The position numbers and the translations under genes are program-made. A DNA stretch of 64,000 bases, taken from NCBI GenBank assembly GCA_951406725.2, contig OX597843.1, positions 3,162,001 to 3,226,000 on the forward strand. Direction: 5' to 3'. The notes beneath the pieces are model-generated. The model ran no database searches. It was not told where the DNA came from and was given only the letters and a program-made list of their open reading frames with translations. Below, one piece after another: positions 11,372 to 24,843 of the stretch. The first letter of the stretch is position 1; every line of letters starts with the position of its first letter. This DNA is from Octopus vulgaris (taxonomy: Eukaryota).

Positions 11372-11606
11372 TGTTATGTCAGGGGCCTTGCAATGAGGAT
11401 CATCCTCCACACTTCTCTTAGCAAAAAGAAGGGTCCTGTCAGAGGGCCCTGGTTGATCTGGGTGAGGAGATGTGGACACCCTGAATTGCACAATCACTCT
11501 ATTAACTGTAGAACACGGGATCCCAAGGCTTTTGCGATTTTACGCTGGTTATGTCCACCTTCAGAATGACCCACAATACGGCCTCTTTGAAATTCAGACA
11601 GTGCCC
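11372..11606 (-). mobile_element. Tc1/mariner transposase N-terminal fragment
   Basis: LSEFQRGRIVGHSEGGHNQRKIAKALG resembles the Tc1-family HTH start. Confidence 0.6.
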
Positions 11607-11639
11607 ACAGCGCCTTCCATGACTTTCGGAAACATTTTT

Positions 11640-12757
11640 GCACGCTGAGAGTTGCTGAAGCATGGAACAAACTGCCGGCATCAGTTGTTTGTTGTCGGAG
11701 CACTGCATCCTTCATAACTTCCATGCTTCCTGAGATTCGCCAACACTACACCTGATCTTTCTCCCCTCCATACACACGCTGAAGCATGGAACAAACTGCC
11801 GGCATCAGTTGTTAGTTGTCGGAGCACTGCATCCTTCAAAACTTCCATGCTTCCTGAGATTCGCCAACACTACACCTGATCTTCTCCCCTCCATACACAC
11901 GCTGAAGCATGGAACAAACTGCTGGCATCAGTTGTTAGTTGTCGGNNNNNNNNNNNNNNNNNNNNNNNNNNNNNNNNNNNNNNNNNNNNNNNNNNNNNNN
12001 NNNNNNNNNNNNNNNNNNNNNNNNNNNNNNNNNNNNNNNNNNNNNAGCACTGCATCCTTCAAAACTTCCATGCTTTCGGAGATTCGCCAACACTACACCT
12101 GATTTTCTCCCCTCCATACACACGCTGAAGCATGGAACAAACTGCTGGCATCAGTTGTTAGTTGTCGGAGCACTGCATCCTTGAAAACTTCCATGCTTCC
12201 TGAGATTCGCCAACACTACACCTGATTTTCTCCCCTCCATACACACGCTGAAGCATGGAACAAACTGCTGGCATCAGTTGTTAGTTGTCGGAGCACTGCA
12301 TCCTTCAAAACTTCCATGCTTCCTGAGATTCGCCAACACTACACCTGATTTTCTCCCCTCCATACACACGCTGAAGCATGGAACAAACTGCTGGCATCAG
12401 TTGTTAGTTGTCGGAGCACTGCATCCTTCAAAACTTCCATGCTTTCGGAGATTCGCCAACACTACACCTGATTTTCTCCCCTCCATACACACGCTGAAGC
12501 ATGGAACAAACTGCTGGCATCAGTTGTTAGTTGTCGGAGCACTGCATCCTTGAAAACTTCCATGCTTCCTGAGATTCGCCAACACTACACCTGATTTTCT
12601 CCCCTCCATACACACGCTGAAGCATGTATCTGACTCATGCATTGTTCGCTTTCCAGACATTTGTACATTACTGCATATACTCTATACGCACTTTCTGACA
12701 AGTTGTGGTGCACCTGAGCACTGTATACAATAATTTCATTATTATATTATTATTATT
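11640..12757 (+). repeat. 123-bp tandem repeat derived from a LINE 3' end, ending in an (ATT)n tail
   Basis: gaagcatggaacaaactg at 11781, 11904, 12127, 12250 and onward; spans the assembly gap. Confidence 0.85.
11946..12045. other. Assembly gap (100 N)
   Basis: Run of N. Confidence 1.
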
Positions 12758-13714
12758 TTGTATGTGGCATGATTAAACAGTCACATAAAGATATCAATAA
12801 CAAATATAAACGTTTACAAGTTAGAATACACATAAAACAACGTTCTATGGGATGTCTATTTAATTCTGTCATGTCTGTGCATATACATGCATGCATGTAT
12901 ATTTATGTACATATAACATACATACAAATACAATTATAGGCAAGGCCAACAGATACATACACACAAGCACACATATATATAAGGCCTCGAAACCGGTTTT
13001 ATATTATGATCAGTAAAACTGAAACCGATTTGCCAAAACCGATTTTAAGGCTCGCTGTTTCGGATCTTTTCAATAAAAGATGTTTTATGTAACACATTCT
13101 ACCAGTATACGAAGTTTAAAAGTGTTTAGTTACAAATTATTAATTTTTTAAATGTGCCGGTCAAAGTGAAAATGTCTGCTGTTTACAATAATGTTTTCTT
13201 TTGACACATTCTACCAGTATACGAAGTTTCAAATTTTTTAGTTTACTAGAAAATTCCGTCCATCAAACAGAAAAGATCTTTTTTATTTTCATGAAAACAT
13301 TTCTCCCTTTTTTTTTTCAAGAAATATCGTTGAAACTGAATTAAACTGTTGTCGGTGGGCTTTAGTTCTGTCTGTTTCATTGAAACATGTCACAACATAT
13401 CAATTCTCCACCTTCTTTCCCCCTTGAACCTTAGATCAGCACCTTGTCAACTCCTTCGGTAACCCCCGGCTGACTCTTTGAATTTACAGGTAACAGAGTT
13501 TATTCATAGCAAGTCAAGGGGATGCTGTTAGTTTTCAGTCGGGTGATCTTTCCCGTTGAGCATATGTAATAATAACCAGTTCCAGATTTTTTGATAAAAA
13601 AAAAGTGAAGAGATCGCTAAAACAGACGATAGTGACCGCCATTACAGACGACAGTGATCGCCGTAACAGACGATAGTGATGATGAAGCTGACATAAGCCA
13701 ACTGTCAAACAGAT

Positions 13715-14757
13715 TTGGCTCACGAAAATGCTTGTTTTCCCCAGCTAAAACCTGAATTTAACAAAGTTTTAAATAAGGTAAGAAAAATTTCAATACTTTT
13801 CCGTAAATCTCCTACAAAAAATAAGGAAATTTTGCAAGATTTTGTAGGAGCGAAATTTGATAACAGAGAATATGAACTTCTACTGGATTGGCAGAACTCG
13901 GTGGAATTTGGGAATTCCATATGATTGAGAGATTTTTTTGGAATTGAAAGGCTGCATTCCAAATGCTCTACGAGCAGAACTTTCCACAGATGACCATCGC
14001 TGACGAAGAATGCAAATCTCTCGATTTACTATATGAAATTCTGCATTCAGAAGAAATTATTTCGAAGGCTGTTTGCGCTGATGATACGGGTTTAGTGAAA
14101 GAGGAGTATTCTATAGAATTTTTATTGAATAAACTTAATACCGTCGGCAACCCTTTGGCTCTAAATCTTCGTGAAAGACTTCTGCATAGATATAATAAGA
14201 GAAGACATGTCGAAACCTTGACTCTCTCGAGGTATTTATATAACTCTCTCTTTTACTTGTTTCAGTCATTTGACTGCGGCCATGCTGGAGCACCGCCTTT
14301 AGTCGAGCAAATCGACCCCGGGACTTATTCTTTGTAAGCCCAGTACTTATTCTATCGGTCTCTTTTGCCGAACCGCTAAGTGACGGGGACGTAAACACAC
14401 CAGCATCGGTTATCAAGCAATGCTAGGGGGACAAACACATATATATATATATATACATATATACGACAGGCTTCTTTCAGTTTCCGTCTACCAAATCCAC
14501 TCACAAGGCATTGGTCGGCCCGGGGCTATAGCAGAAGACACTTGCCCAAGATGCCACGCAGTGGGATTGAACCCAGAACCATGTGGTTGGTTAGCAAGCT
14601 ACTTACCACACGAAAGTTAAAGGTGAGTCAATTTCTGGACCTTTTCTATTTTTTAATGAAACAGCATTTAAGGAAGAATGCTGAACAAACATATCGGAGA
14701 TTATTTCCTGAACCTGATGCTGAGGACACCACAGAATTATACAAGAAAATGAAATAG
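13715..14757 (+). pseudogene. Degenerate hAT-superfamily transposase, interrupted by an OR2-like SINE (14246-14611, -)
   Basis: VLNKVRKISILFRKSP..ELLLD, then frameshifted TRWN and MIERF motifs typical of hAT/ZBED transposases. aaaccggtttt subterminal motifs at ~12990 and ~15147. Confidence 0.7.
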
Positions 14758-14900
14758 GAGGGAACCTAAAGACAAGTGTTACTGTTGTCCCATCTACTTA
14801 TGAAGGTAATGGATTCATTCGTGAATAAACAAGCGCAATGAAGAAAATGAATGAAGAGCCCAGGATGGTAACAGATGGATTTGAAATCTCTAAAGAATTC

Positions 14901-15142
14901 GGGTACTATTTAAGAACAGTGGTCCCGGTGCGCGCTCTCGCGAATTCATGCATCCGCGCTAGCTAGTCGTGACTAGTCGATCCTACGACTACGTAGCAAA
15001 GTAAATAAAACACAAAATAATTAATTTTTTTTACACAAAATAATTTTTTTTTAAAGTAAATAAAACACAAAGTAAGTATCGACTAGTCATGACTAGCTAG
15101 CGCGGATGCGCGCACCGGGACCACTCTTCTTAAGTAGTACCC
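14901..15142. mobile_element. MITE with GGGTAC..GTACCC inverted repeats; same family as the MITE upstream of every ZNF promoter
   Basis: gggtactatttaagaacagtggtcccggtgcgcgc ... gcgcgcaccgggaccactcttcttaagtagtaccc; no clear TSD. Confidence 0.75.
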
Positions 15143-15231
15143 GCGAAAACCGGTTTTGAGAGTTGCTTATACTTGAACTCGGTTTTGGGAATTGCTAGGT
15201 AATCGTTGTAGGATCGACTAGTCACGACTAG

Positions 15232-15452
15232 CATGAGAGAGTTCGATGCAGCTGCACCTCCTACCGTGAAGTTGGTTCGTCTGGGACACCTGACAGAAAG
15301 AGGTCCAGCTTTATTATAAAGATATCTGCATCCACCCCATGCAGGTCTCTCAGGTCCTTCGGGAGGATATTGAAGAGCTGTGGACCTCTGAAGCCCAGGC
15401 TATCGCAGTATCTTGTCCTACATCTTGATGGCAAGTTTGGAGTCTTTGGCAA
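15232..15452 (-). mobile_element. LINE 3' fragment
   Basis: SLGFRGPQLFNILPKDLRDL..FIIKLDLFLSGVPDEP, a CR1/L2-group C-terminus. Confidence 0.7.
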
Positions 15453-16685
15453 AGGAAATAAAAATACTCTGAAAACTAAACATTTAAGTATCTAATTTCT
15501 TGAGTGGCTGTGTGGTAAGTAGCTTGTTTACTGACCACATGGTTCCGGGTTCAGTCCCACTGTGTGGCACCTTGAGCAAGTGTCTTCTACTATAGCCCCG
15601 GACCGACCAAAGCCTTGTGAGTGGATTTGGTAGATGGAAACTGAAAGAAGCCTGTCGTATATATGTATATATATATATGTATGTGTGTGTTTGTCCCCCT
15701 AGCATTGTTTGACAATGCTGGTGTGTTTACGTCCCCGTCACCTAGCGGTTCGGCAAAATAGACCCATAGAATAAGTACTGGGCTTACAAAGAATAAGTCC
15801 TGGGGTCGATTTGCTAAACTAAGAGCGGAGATCCAGCATGGCCGCAGTCAAATGACTGAAATAAGTAAAAGAGTAATACCTCACATTATGAGAACCTGCT
15901 CTACGAGACCCTGGGTTTACAAGTTTTTTTTCACCTCACTTTTCTATGATGAGCTGAAATCTTTCAAGCACAAGATCCATATATTGAATGAATTCCAAAT
16001 GTTTCTACTACCATGACAAATGCTTCTGCATATTACCAAGAAATTTATAGAGGGCAAAAACTCTAGACTTGTTTTTTAAAAAGAGATCTACAGGTCTGTC
16101 CATGAGTGCTTGTGAATTGGTGATTGTGTCCACAAGTGATGGTGTGTTTAAGTCCAGTGAAAATGAAAGTAATTCAGAAAACCATAATAATAATAATAAT
16201 AATAATAATTTTTATTATAAATGATCTTGACATTCTTTTTATTTTACAAAAAATATTTTTTACATTCTCCTGTTGTTTTATTGCCATTTATTTATGAGTA
16301 TTATAAATTTTACAGGTAGAATATTTTTCTGGGAACCAATTGCCAGGACCCCTGGACTGGTGGTACGTAAAAAGCGCTATCCATATCGTTGCCGATGCCA
16401 GCGTCGCCTTGACTGGCTTCCGTGCCGGTGGCATGTAAAAAGCACCAATCCGATCATGGCCGTTGCCAGCCTCGCCTGGCACATGTACAGGTGGCACGTA
16501 AAAAGCACCCACTACACTCACTGAGCGGTAGGCGTTAGGAAGGGCATCCAGCTGTAGAAACACTGCCAGAGCAGACTGGAGCCTGGTGCAGCCTTCCGGC
16601 TTCCCAGATCCCCGGTCGAACCGTCCAACCCATGCTAGCATGGAGAACGGACGTTAAACGATGATGATGACGAATTAGGATTTAA

Positions 16686-18810
16686 AACACTGCTCCTATG
16701 GGAGATAATTGTTCTGTTTTACAAGTTTCTGGTTTAGAAGTGGACTCTGTGAAACACTGTTCCTATGGGAGATTATTGTTCTGTTTTACAAGTTTCTGGT
16801 TTCCAAGCGGAATCTATGAAACACTGCTCCTATGGGAGATTATTGTTCTGTTTTACAAGTTTCCGCTTTACAAGTGGAATCTATGAAACACTGCTCCTAT
16901 GGGAGATTATTGCTCTGTTTTACAAGTTTCTGGTTTCCAAGCGGAATCTATGAAACACTGCTCCTATGGGAGATTATTGCTGTTTTACAAGTTTCTGGTT
17001 TACAAGCGGACTCTGTGAAACACTGCTCCTATGGGAGATTATTGCTCTGTTTTACAAGTTTCTGGTTTCCAAGCGGACTCTGTGAAACACTGCTCCTATG
17101 GGAGATTATTGCTCTGTTTTACAAGTTTCTGGTTTACAAGCGGACTCTGTGAAACACTGCTCCTATGGGAGATTATTGTTCTGTTTTACAAGTTTCCGGT
17201 TTACAAGCGGACTCTGTGAAACACTGCTCCTATGGGAGATTATTGCTGTTTTACAAGTTTCTGGTTTCCAAGCGGACTCTGTGAAACACTGCTCCTATGG
17301 GAGATTATTGCTCTGTTTTACAAGTTTCCGGTTTACAAGCGGACTCTGTGAAACACTGCTCCTATGGGAGATTATTGCTCTGTTTTACAAGTTTCTGGTT
17401 TACAAGCGGACTCTGTGAAACACTGCTCCTATGGGAGATTATTGTTCTGTTTTACAAGTTTCTGGTTTCCAAGCGGACTCTGTGAAACACTGCTCCTATG
17501 GGAGATTATTGCTCTGTTTTACAAGTTTCCGGTTTACAAGCGGACTCTGTGAAACACTGCTCCTATGGGAGATTATTGCTCTGTTTTACAAGTTTCTGGT
17601 TTACAAGCGGACTCTGTGAAACACTGCTCCTATGGGAGATTATTGTTATGTTTTACAAGTTTCCGGTTTACAAGCGGACTCTGTGAAACACTGCTCCTAT
17701 GGGAGATTATTGCTCTGTTTTACAAGTTTCTGGTTTCCAAGCGGACTCTGTGAAACACTGCTCCTATGGGAGATTATTGCTGTTTTACAAGTTTCTGGTT
17801 TACAAGCGGACTCTGTGAAACACTGCTCTTATGGGAGATTATTGCTCTGTTTTACAAGTTTCTGGTTTACAAGCGGACTCTGTGAAACACTGCTCCTATG
17901 GGAGATTATTGCTCTGTTTTACAAGTTTCTGGTTTACAAGCGGACTCTGTGAAACACTGCTCCTATGGGAGATTATTGTTCTGTTTTACAAGTTTCCGGT
18001 TTACAAGCGGACTCTGTGAAACACTGCTCCTATGGGAGATTATTGCTGTTTTACAAGTTTCTGGTTTCCAAGCGGACTCTGTGAAACACTGCTCCTATGG
18101 GAGATTATTGCTCTGTTTTACAAGTTTCCGGTTTACAAGCGGACTCTGTGAAACACTGCTCCTATGGGAGATTATTGCTCTGTTTTACAAGTTTCTAGTT
18201 TCCAAGCGGACTCTGTGAAACACTGCTCCTATGGGAGATTATTGTTCTGTTTTACAAGTTTCTGGTTTCCAAGCGGACTCTGTGAAACACTGCTCCTATG
18301 GGAGATTATTGCTCTGTTTTACAAGTTTCCGGTTTACAAGCGGACTCTGTGAAACACTGCTCCTATGGGAGATTATTGCTCTGTTTTACAAGTTTCTGGT
18401 TTACAAGCGGACTCTGTGAAACACTGCTCCTATGGGAGATTATTGTTATGTTTTACAAGTTTCCGGTTTACAAGCGGACTCTGTGGCACTGCTCCTATGG
18501 GAGATTATTGCTCTGTTTTACAAGTTTCTGGTTTACAAGCGGACTCTGTGAAACACTGCTCCTATGGGAGATTATTGCTGTTTTACAAGTTTCTGGTTTA
18601 CAAGCGGACTCTGTGAAACACTGCTCTTATGGGAGATTATTGCTCTGTTTTACAAGTTTCTGGTTTACAAGCGGACTCTGTGAAACACTGCTCCTATGGG
18701 AGATTATTGCTCTGTTTTACAAGTTTCTGGTTTACAAGCGGACTCTGTGAAACACTGCTCCTATGGGAGATTATTGTTCTGTTTTACAAGTTTCCGGTTT
18801 ACAAGCAGAC
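16686..18810. repeat. 67-bp tandem satellite, ~32 units, with ~800-bp higher-order period
   Basis: Unit aaacactgctcctatgggagattattgctctgttttacaagtttctggtttacaagcggactctgtg; ORF-track patterns repeat at offsets of 798-800. Confidence 0.95.
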
Positions 18811-19117
18811 CCTGGGAACTCGCATATCAAGGCATTATTTTATATATATTTGTGTGTGTGAAAGTGATAAACTAAATACACGTTCAGGTGTAGATTTATT
18901 AGGATTAAAATACCAGCAATGTCAGAGCAAAACTTTTTACAACAGTTCACCTGCATTTAATCAGGCACTCTCTCTTTTCCGTTGCGGTAGTCTTATTCTA
19001 CTAGCGACACAAACAGGACGTGTGTTGTGTTTTATTATTCCTAAGATAATCTTATAGAAGATATTACCTTCATAGAAAGAATTATGATACAGATACAATT
19101 ACTCACTTGTATGAACA

Positions 19118-19628
19118 TGTAGTGACGTCATATTCCAGTGTGCGCACACGCAACGTCATTCTACACTGTGCGTGTGCGGAACGTCCTTCTTCAGTGTGCG
19201 TGTGCGGGATTGGAACCTTCTGGAAAGGCATAAGGAAGTTCCCCCATGCACATGCGCTAGAGACTGAAGAAGAAATTCTATCGCTTTCCTTAATAGCGTC
19301 GGGGACTTGAGACACGGCGATAGAAGAGAAAGGACGTATTTTAAACGTGTGATCAGCCTATTCTCCTGTCCCAGACGCTTAGGATTTCACCTGTTCTATT
19401 GCTGCAGAATTATTGTAAGAAGCTTACAAACGATAGAATTCAGCCTTGCTGTGTTGAACAAGGTGGATACCAGTATACCATCGTGTTTCATTGTTGAACC
19501 AAGAGAATAAAGAATTGTATATATTTTTAAACTTGCGTTTCGTTCCTGACTGGTAGTTTCTAGAAACAAAAAGAAAGGAAATTGTGTTGCACCCCAAAAG
19601 TGTACAGAAGCAACCAGTTCCCTTTACA
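19118..19628 (+). mobile_element. Solo LTR (511 bp), likely Gypsy-type
   Basis: TGTA..TACA termini, 4-bp TSD AACA, AATAAA at ~19506. The empty site is visible in ZNF3, 5 and 6. Confidence 0.8.
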
Positions 19629-19843
19629 AACACATTACTTTTGTAATGAATTGTCTTTTTGGGGAATGATTTATCACAGATATCACAGTGATATGGCTTC
19701 TCCCATGCAAAAGTTTACTTATGTATAGTTAAGTTACCATTTTGAAAGAAGGATGTATTATAGATTTTTTCACCCGCAAGAATGGATTTGTGTTTGGTTA
19801 GCTAATTATTTTGAGAGAATGATTTATCACAGTGATATGGCTT

Positions 19844-22294
19844 TTATCCCGTATGTGTAAGTTTGTGTCTAGCCAAGCTATTTTTTATAGAAAATGATTT
19901 ACCACAAATCTCACAGTAATATGGCTTCTCTCCTGTATGAACACGTATGTGATTAGCTAACTGATCACTTCGAGAGAATGATTTACCACAGATATCACAG
20001 TGGAATGTCCTCTCTCCTATATGAACAGGTTTGTGTCTAGTGAAGCTACTGCCATCAGAGAATGATTTACCACAGATATCACACCGATACGGCTTCTCTC
20101 CCGTATGAATACGTTTGTGTCTAATTAGAGTACCTTTCTGAGTAAATATTTTACCACAGATCTCACAGTGATAGGGTTTCTCTCCTGTGTGAGTGAATTT
20201 GTGTATAGATAGATTATTTCCTCCAGAGAATGATTTACCACAGATCTCACAGTGATAGGGTTTCTCTCCTGTATGAATACGTTTGTGTTTACTCAAGCTA
20301 CTGCTCACAGAGAATGATTTACCACAGATCTCACAGTGATATGGCTTCTCTCCTGTATGAACACGTATGTGTTTAGCTAAGTGATCACTTCGAGAGAATG
20401 ATTTACCACAGATATCACAGTGATATGTCCTCTCTCCTGTATGAATACGTCTGTGATTAGCTAAGTTATGACTTCGACAGAATGATTTACCACAGATCTC
20501 ACAGTGATGTGGATTCTCTCCCGTATGAATACGTTTGTGTGTAATTAGATTACCTTTCTGAGTAAATGATTCACCACAAATGTCACAGTCAAATGGCTTC
20601 TCCCCTGTATGAACACGTCTGTGTTTATTTAAGTCAGGCCTTCTAGAGAATGATTTACCACAGATATCACACGGATATGGCTTTTCTCCTGAATGAACAC
20701 GTTTGTGATTAGCTAAGTGATCACTTCGAGAGAATGATTTACCACAGATATCACAGTCGAATGTCCTCTCTCCTATATGAACATGTTTGTGTCTAGTGAA
20801 GCTACTGCCATTAGAAAATGATTTACCACAGATATCACACCGATATGGCTTCTCTCCCGTATGAATACGTTTGTGTGTAATTAGATTACCTTTCCGAGTA
20901 AATATTTTACCACAGATCTCACAGTGATAGGGTTTCTTTCTTGTGTGAGTGAATTTGTGTATAGATAGTTTATTTCCTTCAGAGAATGATTTACCACAGA
21001 TATCACACTGATGTGGCTTCACTCCTGTATGAACACGTTTGTGTGCATTTAAGTTACTGCTCAAAGCGAGTGATTTATCACAGATCTCACAGTGATAGGG
21101 TTTCTCTCCTGTATGAATACGTTTGTTTGAATTTAAGCTACTGTTCACAGAGAATGATTGACCACAGATCTCACAGTGATAGGGTTTCTCTCCTGTATGA
21201 ATACGTTTGTGTCTAGTTACATGTTTTTGTTCAGAGAATGATTTACCGCAGATATCGCAGTGATATGGCTTCTCTCCTGTATGAACACGTTTGTGTATAG
21301 TTAAGGTATGCGGTTGAGAGAATGATTTACCACAGATATCACACCGATATGGCTTCTCTCCCGTATGAATACGTTTGTGTGTAATTAGAGTACCTTTCTG
21401 AGCAAATGATTTACCACAAATGTCACAGTGGTATGTCCTCCCTACAATATGAACAAGTTTATGTCTAGTTAAGCCACTGACATGAGAGAATGATTTACCA
21501 CAGATATCACAGTGGAATGTCCTCTCTCCTATATGAACAAGTTTATGTCTAGTTAAGACACTGACATCAGAGAATGATTTACCACAGATATCACACCGAT
21601 AAGGCTTCTCTCCCGTATGAATACGTTTGTGTGTAATTAGATTACCTTTCTGAGCAAATGATTTACCACAAATGTCACAGTGGAATGTCCTCTCTACAAT
21701 ATGAACAAGTTTATGTCTAGTTAAGCAACTGACATCAGAGAATGATTTACCACAGATATCACACCGATATGGCTTCTCTCCCATATGAATACGTTTGTGT
21801 GTAATTAGATTACATTTCTGAGTAAATAATTTACCGCAGATCTCACAGTGATAGGGTTTCTCTCCTGTGTGAATGCGTTTGTGTCTAGTTAATTGACTAT
21901 TTTGAGGGAATGATTTACCACAGATATCGCAGTGATGTAGGTTCTCTCCTGTATGAACACGTCTGTGTGTATTTAAGCTTCTGCTAAAAGAGAACGATTT
22001 ATCACAGATATCACAGTGATATGGCTTTTCCCCTGTATGAATGCATTTGTGTCTAGTCAAGAGATTGCTTTGAGAGAATGATTTACCACAGATATCACAG
22101 TGATATGTCTTATCTCCTGTATGAATACGTTTGTGAACAATGAGTTTACCTTTTTGAGAGAATGACATTTTACATATATCACAAGAATAGGGTTTTTGCC
22201 CTCCGTCTTTTGGCTTCTCATCAAGAAAATCATTATTGTCAAACACTGATTTACATTTAACACTGCCGCCTTCACAGAATTCGTTTTCCATCAT
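19844..22294 (-). CDS. C2H2 zinc-finger protein ZNF1, 816 aa, 28 fingers
   Basis: Short acidic leader, then CxxC..HxxxH repeats with TGEKPY linkers; one finger has H>N. Exon acceptor at 22661. Confidence 0.95.
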   Translation of the reverse strand: MMENEFCEGGSVKCKSVFDNNDFLDEKPKDGGQKPYSCDICKMSFSQKGKLIVHKRIHTGDKTYHCDICGKSFSQSNLLTRHKCIHTGEKPYHCDICDKSFSFSRSLNTHRRVHTGENLHHCDICGKSFPQNSQLTRHKRIHTGEKPYHCEICGKLFTQKCNLITHKRIHMGEKPYRCDICGKSFSDVSCLTRHKLVHIVERTFHCDICGKSFAQKGNLITHKRIHTGEKPYRCDICGKSFSDVSVLTRHKLVHIGERTFHCDICGKSFSHVSGLTRHKLVHIVGRTYHCDICGKSFAQKGTLITHKRIHTGEKPYRCDICGKSFSQPHTLTIHKRVHTGEKPYHCDICGKSFSEQKHVTRHKRIHTGEKPYHCEICGQSFSVNSSLNSNKRIHTGEKPYHCEICDKSLALSSNLNAHKRVHTGVKPHQCDICGKSFSEGNKLSIHKFTHTRKKPYHCEICGKIFTRKGNLITHKRIHTGEKPYRCDICGKSFSNGSSFTRHKHVHIGERTFDCDICGKSFSRSDHLANHKRVHSGEKPYPCDICGKSFSRRPDLNKHRRVHTGEKPFDCDICGESFTQKGNLITHKRIHTGENPHHCEICGKSFCRSHNLANHRRIHTGERTYHCDICGKSFSRSDHLAKHIRVHTGEKPYHCEICGKSFSVSSSLSKHKRIHTGEKPYHCEICGKSFSGGNNLSIHKFTHTGEKPYHCEICGKIFTQKGTLIRHKRIHTGEKPYRCDICGKSFSDGSSFTRHKPVHIGERTFHCDICGKSFSRSDQLANHIRVHTGEKPYYCEICGKSFSIKNSLARHKLTHTG

Positions 22295-22714
22295 TTTCTT
22301 CCTCTTACCACAATGTTCAGATGTTTTACTTTTTCCGAACTAAATTTTGTTTTCATTAACAAATATTTATTCCCTTTATATTTCCTGAATCTTCTGTTAT
22401 CTGAAGATGCCTCAAACTCCTTTGTCATCCAAGTTTAATTAGAATACCATATCATCTTCAAAACATTCCAGACAGTGAAGAAGTAGAGATATTTCACTAA
22501 CAGTCTTACTCGGAAGAAATATTCCACAATAATTCCACCATGTGTTTACATATTCCGTGTGATGTCTGTTCCCTGTGATGTTCTCCTTTAATCTTTGAAA
22601 GATGGCAAACGTCGATTCTGACCACTGAAGTATTCTTTGCTGCCAATGTCTTCTGGTTATCTGAAATATCAGAGAAACTGCGTCAATCAGGGAGGAGACA
22701 TAGAAATTTAAGGT

Positions 22715-23265
22715 TAGTTAGTTAGTTAATTTTTAGCTCAAAATGCAAAAAGCAAGGCCATGTAGGGGGACATCGAGTTATGTACAGGGTGGTGTTCATG
22801 TAAAGAGTTCAGGCCACTTGTGGTCAAGGGAGACTTTGAACCGAGCGGCCGTTGGCATCTTCACCATCTCGTCCTGCAGTTTATCCCACGGAGCCGAAAC
22901 ACGGACAGGGAAAGCCCCTCTCCTTCGATTGAGATGAAATCGTCGCAGATAGAGCTTTTCGGAATGACCCCACAGGCAACGCTCTGGAGCAGGAGCGAAG
23001 AACAGCTCTTTTGAGAGGTTACACTTTCTGCTTATGATGTTGTGAGCAAGAATGAGATCACCACGGCATCGTCGTTTTTCTAGAGAATAAAGGTCGAGCG
23101 TCGTCAGCCTTTCTTCATAAGACAAATTCTTGACACCAAGAACCATGCGGGTAGCCAACTTCTGGACTCTTTCGAGATGCTGTATGTCTTTGAGGAGATA
23201 AGGAGAAGAGGCTTGAATCCCGTACTCCAATATGGGTCTCACCAGCGTGACATAGAGCGGTAGGA
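22715..23265 (-). mobile_element. CR1/L2-group LINE 3' fragment in ZNF intron (paralogous copies approx. 30225-30775, 36403-36755, 45415-45969, 53255-53810, 60367-60922)
   Basis: LYVTLVRPILEYG..LERVQKLATRMV..LSYEERL..LEKRRCRGDLI; (TAAC)n tail. Confidence 0.9.
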
Positions 23266-24059
23266 ATAATACAAATTTGACAGTAGTTGACAAATTGAAA
23301 ATTCCTTGGCAGTCTCATATTAGAATCAATCTGGAAGTAAAATTTAAGTGAAGCCAAAGAAATAGATGTCCTGATGTTCTGTTTATACACTGCTGGAAGG
23401 TTAGATACTCTTACTCGTTTACTCTTTGACTTGTTTCAGTCATTTGACTGCGGCCATGCTGGAGCACCGCCTTTAGGCGAGCAAATCGACCCCGGGACTT
23501 ATTCTTTCTAAGCCCAGTACTTATTCTATCGGTCTCTTTTGTTGAACCGCTAAGTGATGGGGACGTAAACACACCAGCATCGGTTGCCAAGCAATGCTAG
23601 GGGGACAAACACACACACACACATATATATATATATACATATATATGACAGGCTTCTTTCAGTTTCCGTCTCCCAAATCCACTCACAAGGCATTGGTCGG
23701 CCCGGGTCTATAGCAGAAGACACTTGCCCAAGATGCCACGCAGTGTGACTGAACCCGGAACCGTGTGGTTGGTTAGCAAGCTACTTACCACACAGCCAAT
23801 CCTGTAGAATTTCTGAAGATTTCTACCATAGGTGCAGGCATAGCTGCAGAGTAAGAAGCTTGCTTCCCGCGCATGCGTCGGTCAGTTCGGTGTGCTGGCT
23901 TTTGACGAGACAAACGGAATTTCTCGAGCTGCTTCGCGGCGGTTTGTCGGAGAGTGTTGTACCGGTGGCAAGGAATATATTCTGTTTGGTTTGAAATAAA
24001 GAACTTCTTTAGCTTAATAATCCTAACTTAATGCCGGGCAAAACTGGGTTATACTGCTA

Positions 24060-24156
24060 GTATATATATATATATATGTATTTATACATATATATATATA
24101 TATATATGTATGTCTAGATATACATGCATGCATGTATATATATATATAAACATATA

Positions 24157-24196
<40 letters not shown>

Positions 24197-24334
24197 AATG
24201 TATGTGTGTGTGTGTATATATATATATGTGTGTGTATATATATATATGTATGTACATATATACATGCATGTATGTATATATATATATAATTATATATGTA
24301 TATATATATGCATTTATATATATATATATGTATT

Positions 24335-24423
<89 letters not shown>

Positions 24424-24495
24424 TTATATATATATATATATGTATACACATACATAGATATATATATATGTATGTATATATATATGCATACATAT
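24060..24495. repeat. Compound (TA)n/(TG)n microsatellite in ZNF intron (also ~30810, 37755, 43105, 52035, 58985)
   Basis: Visible directly; source of the YIYI ORFs. Confidence 0.95.
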
Positions 24496-24843
24496 TGATA
24501 TTAATAACTTCACCAACAACAGATCCTAAAGATGGTACCATGGCCTTTTCTTTGATAATATCTTTCTTGCTTATTTAAATTCAGTTCAATGCACACTTGC
24601 CTTCAACCAACCATTTCTCTTTGTGTGTGTGTGTGTGTATGTTTTTGATAATCGTTTAGAACAAGTACTTTTACACCTATTACACTATTTTGTCCAGTTT
24701 TTTCTGGCCCGGGTCAAACACTTATAGTTTAAAGGCCATGGACCTTTTTATTTTTTATTTTTTGTGCCCGGGTTAAACGCTTTAGTTTGACCCATTAACC
24801 AACACTATCGAAATGAAATGTCGATCGTGCACTTCCGGAAGTG

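Noticed and set aside
16686-18810. CRISPR-like array or repetitive protein (MGDYCSVLQVSG ORFs)
   Set aside because: Units repeat in full with no unique spacers, no cas genes, animal context; 67 is not a multiple of 3.
19103-19633. Short ORFs repeated behind ZNF1, 2 and 4
   Set aside because: They lie within the solo LTR; no gag/pol similarity.
24023-24578. YIYI-rich ORFs here and in the other units
   Set aside because: Translations of TA/TG microsatellites.
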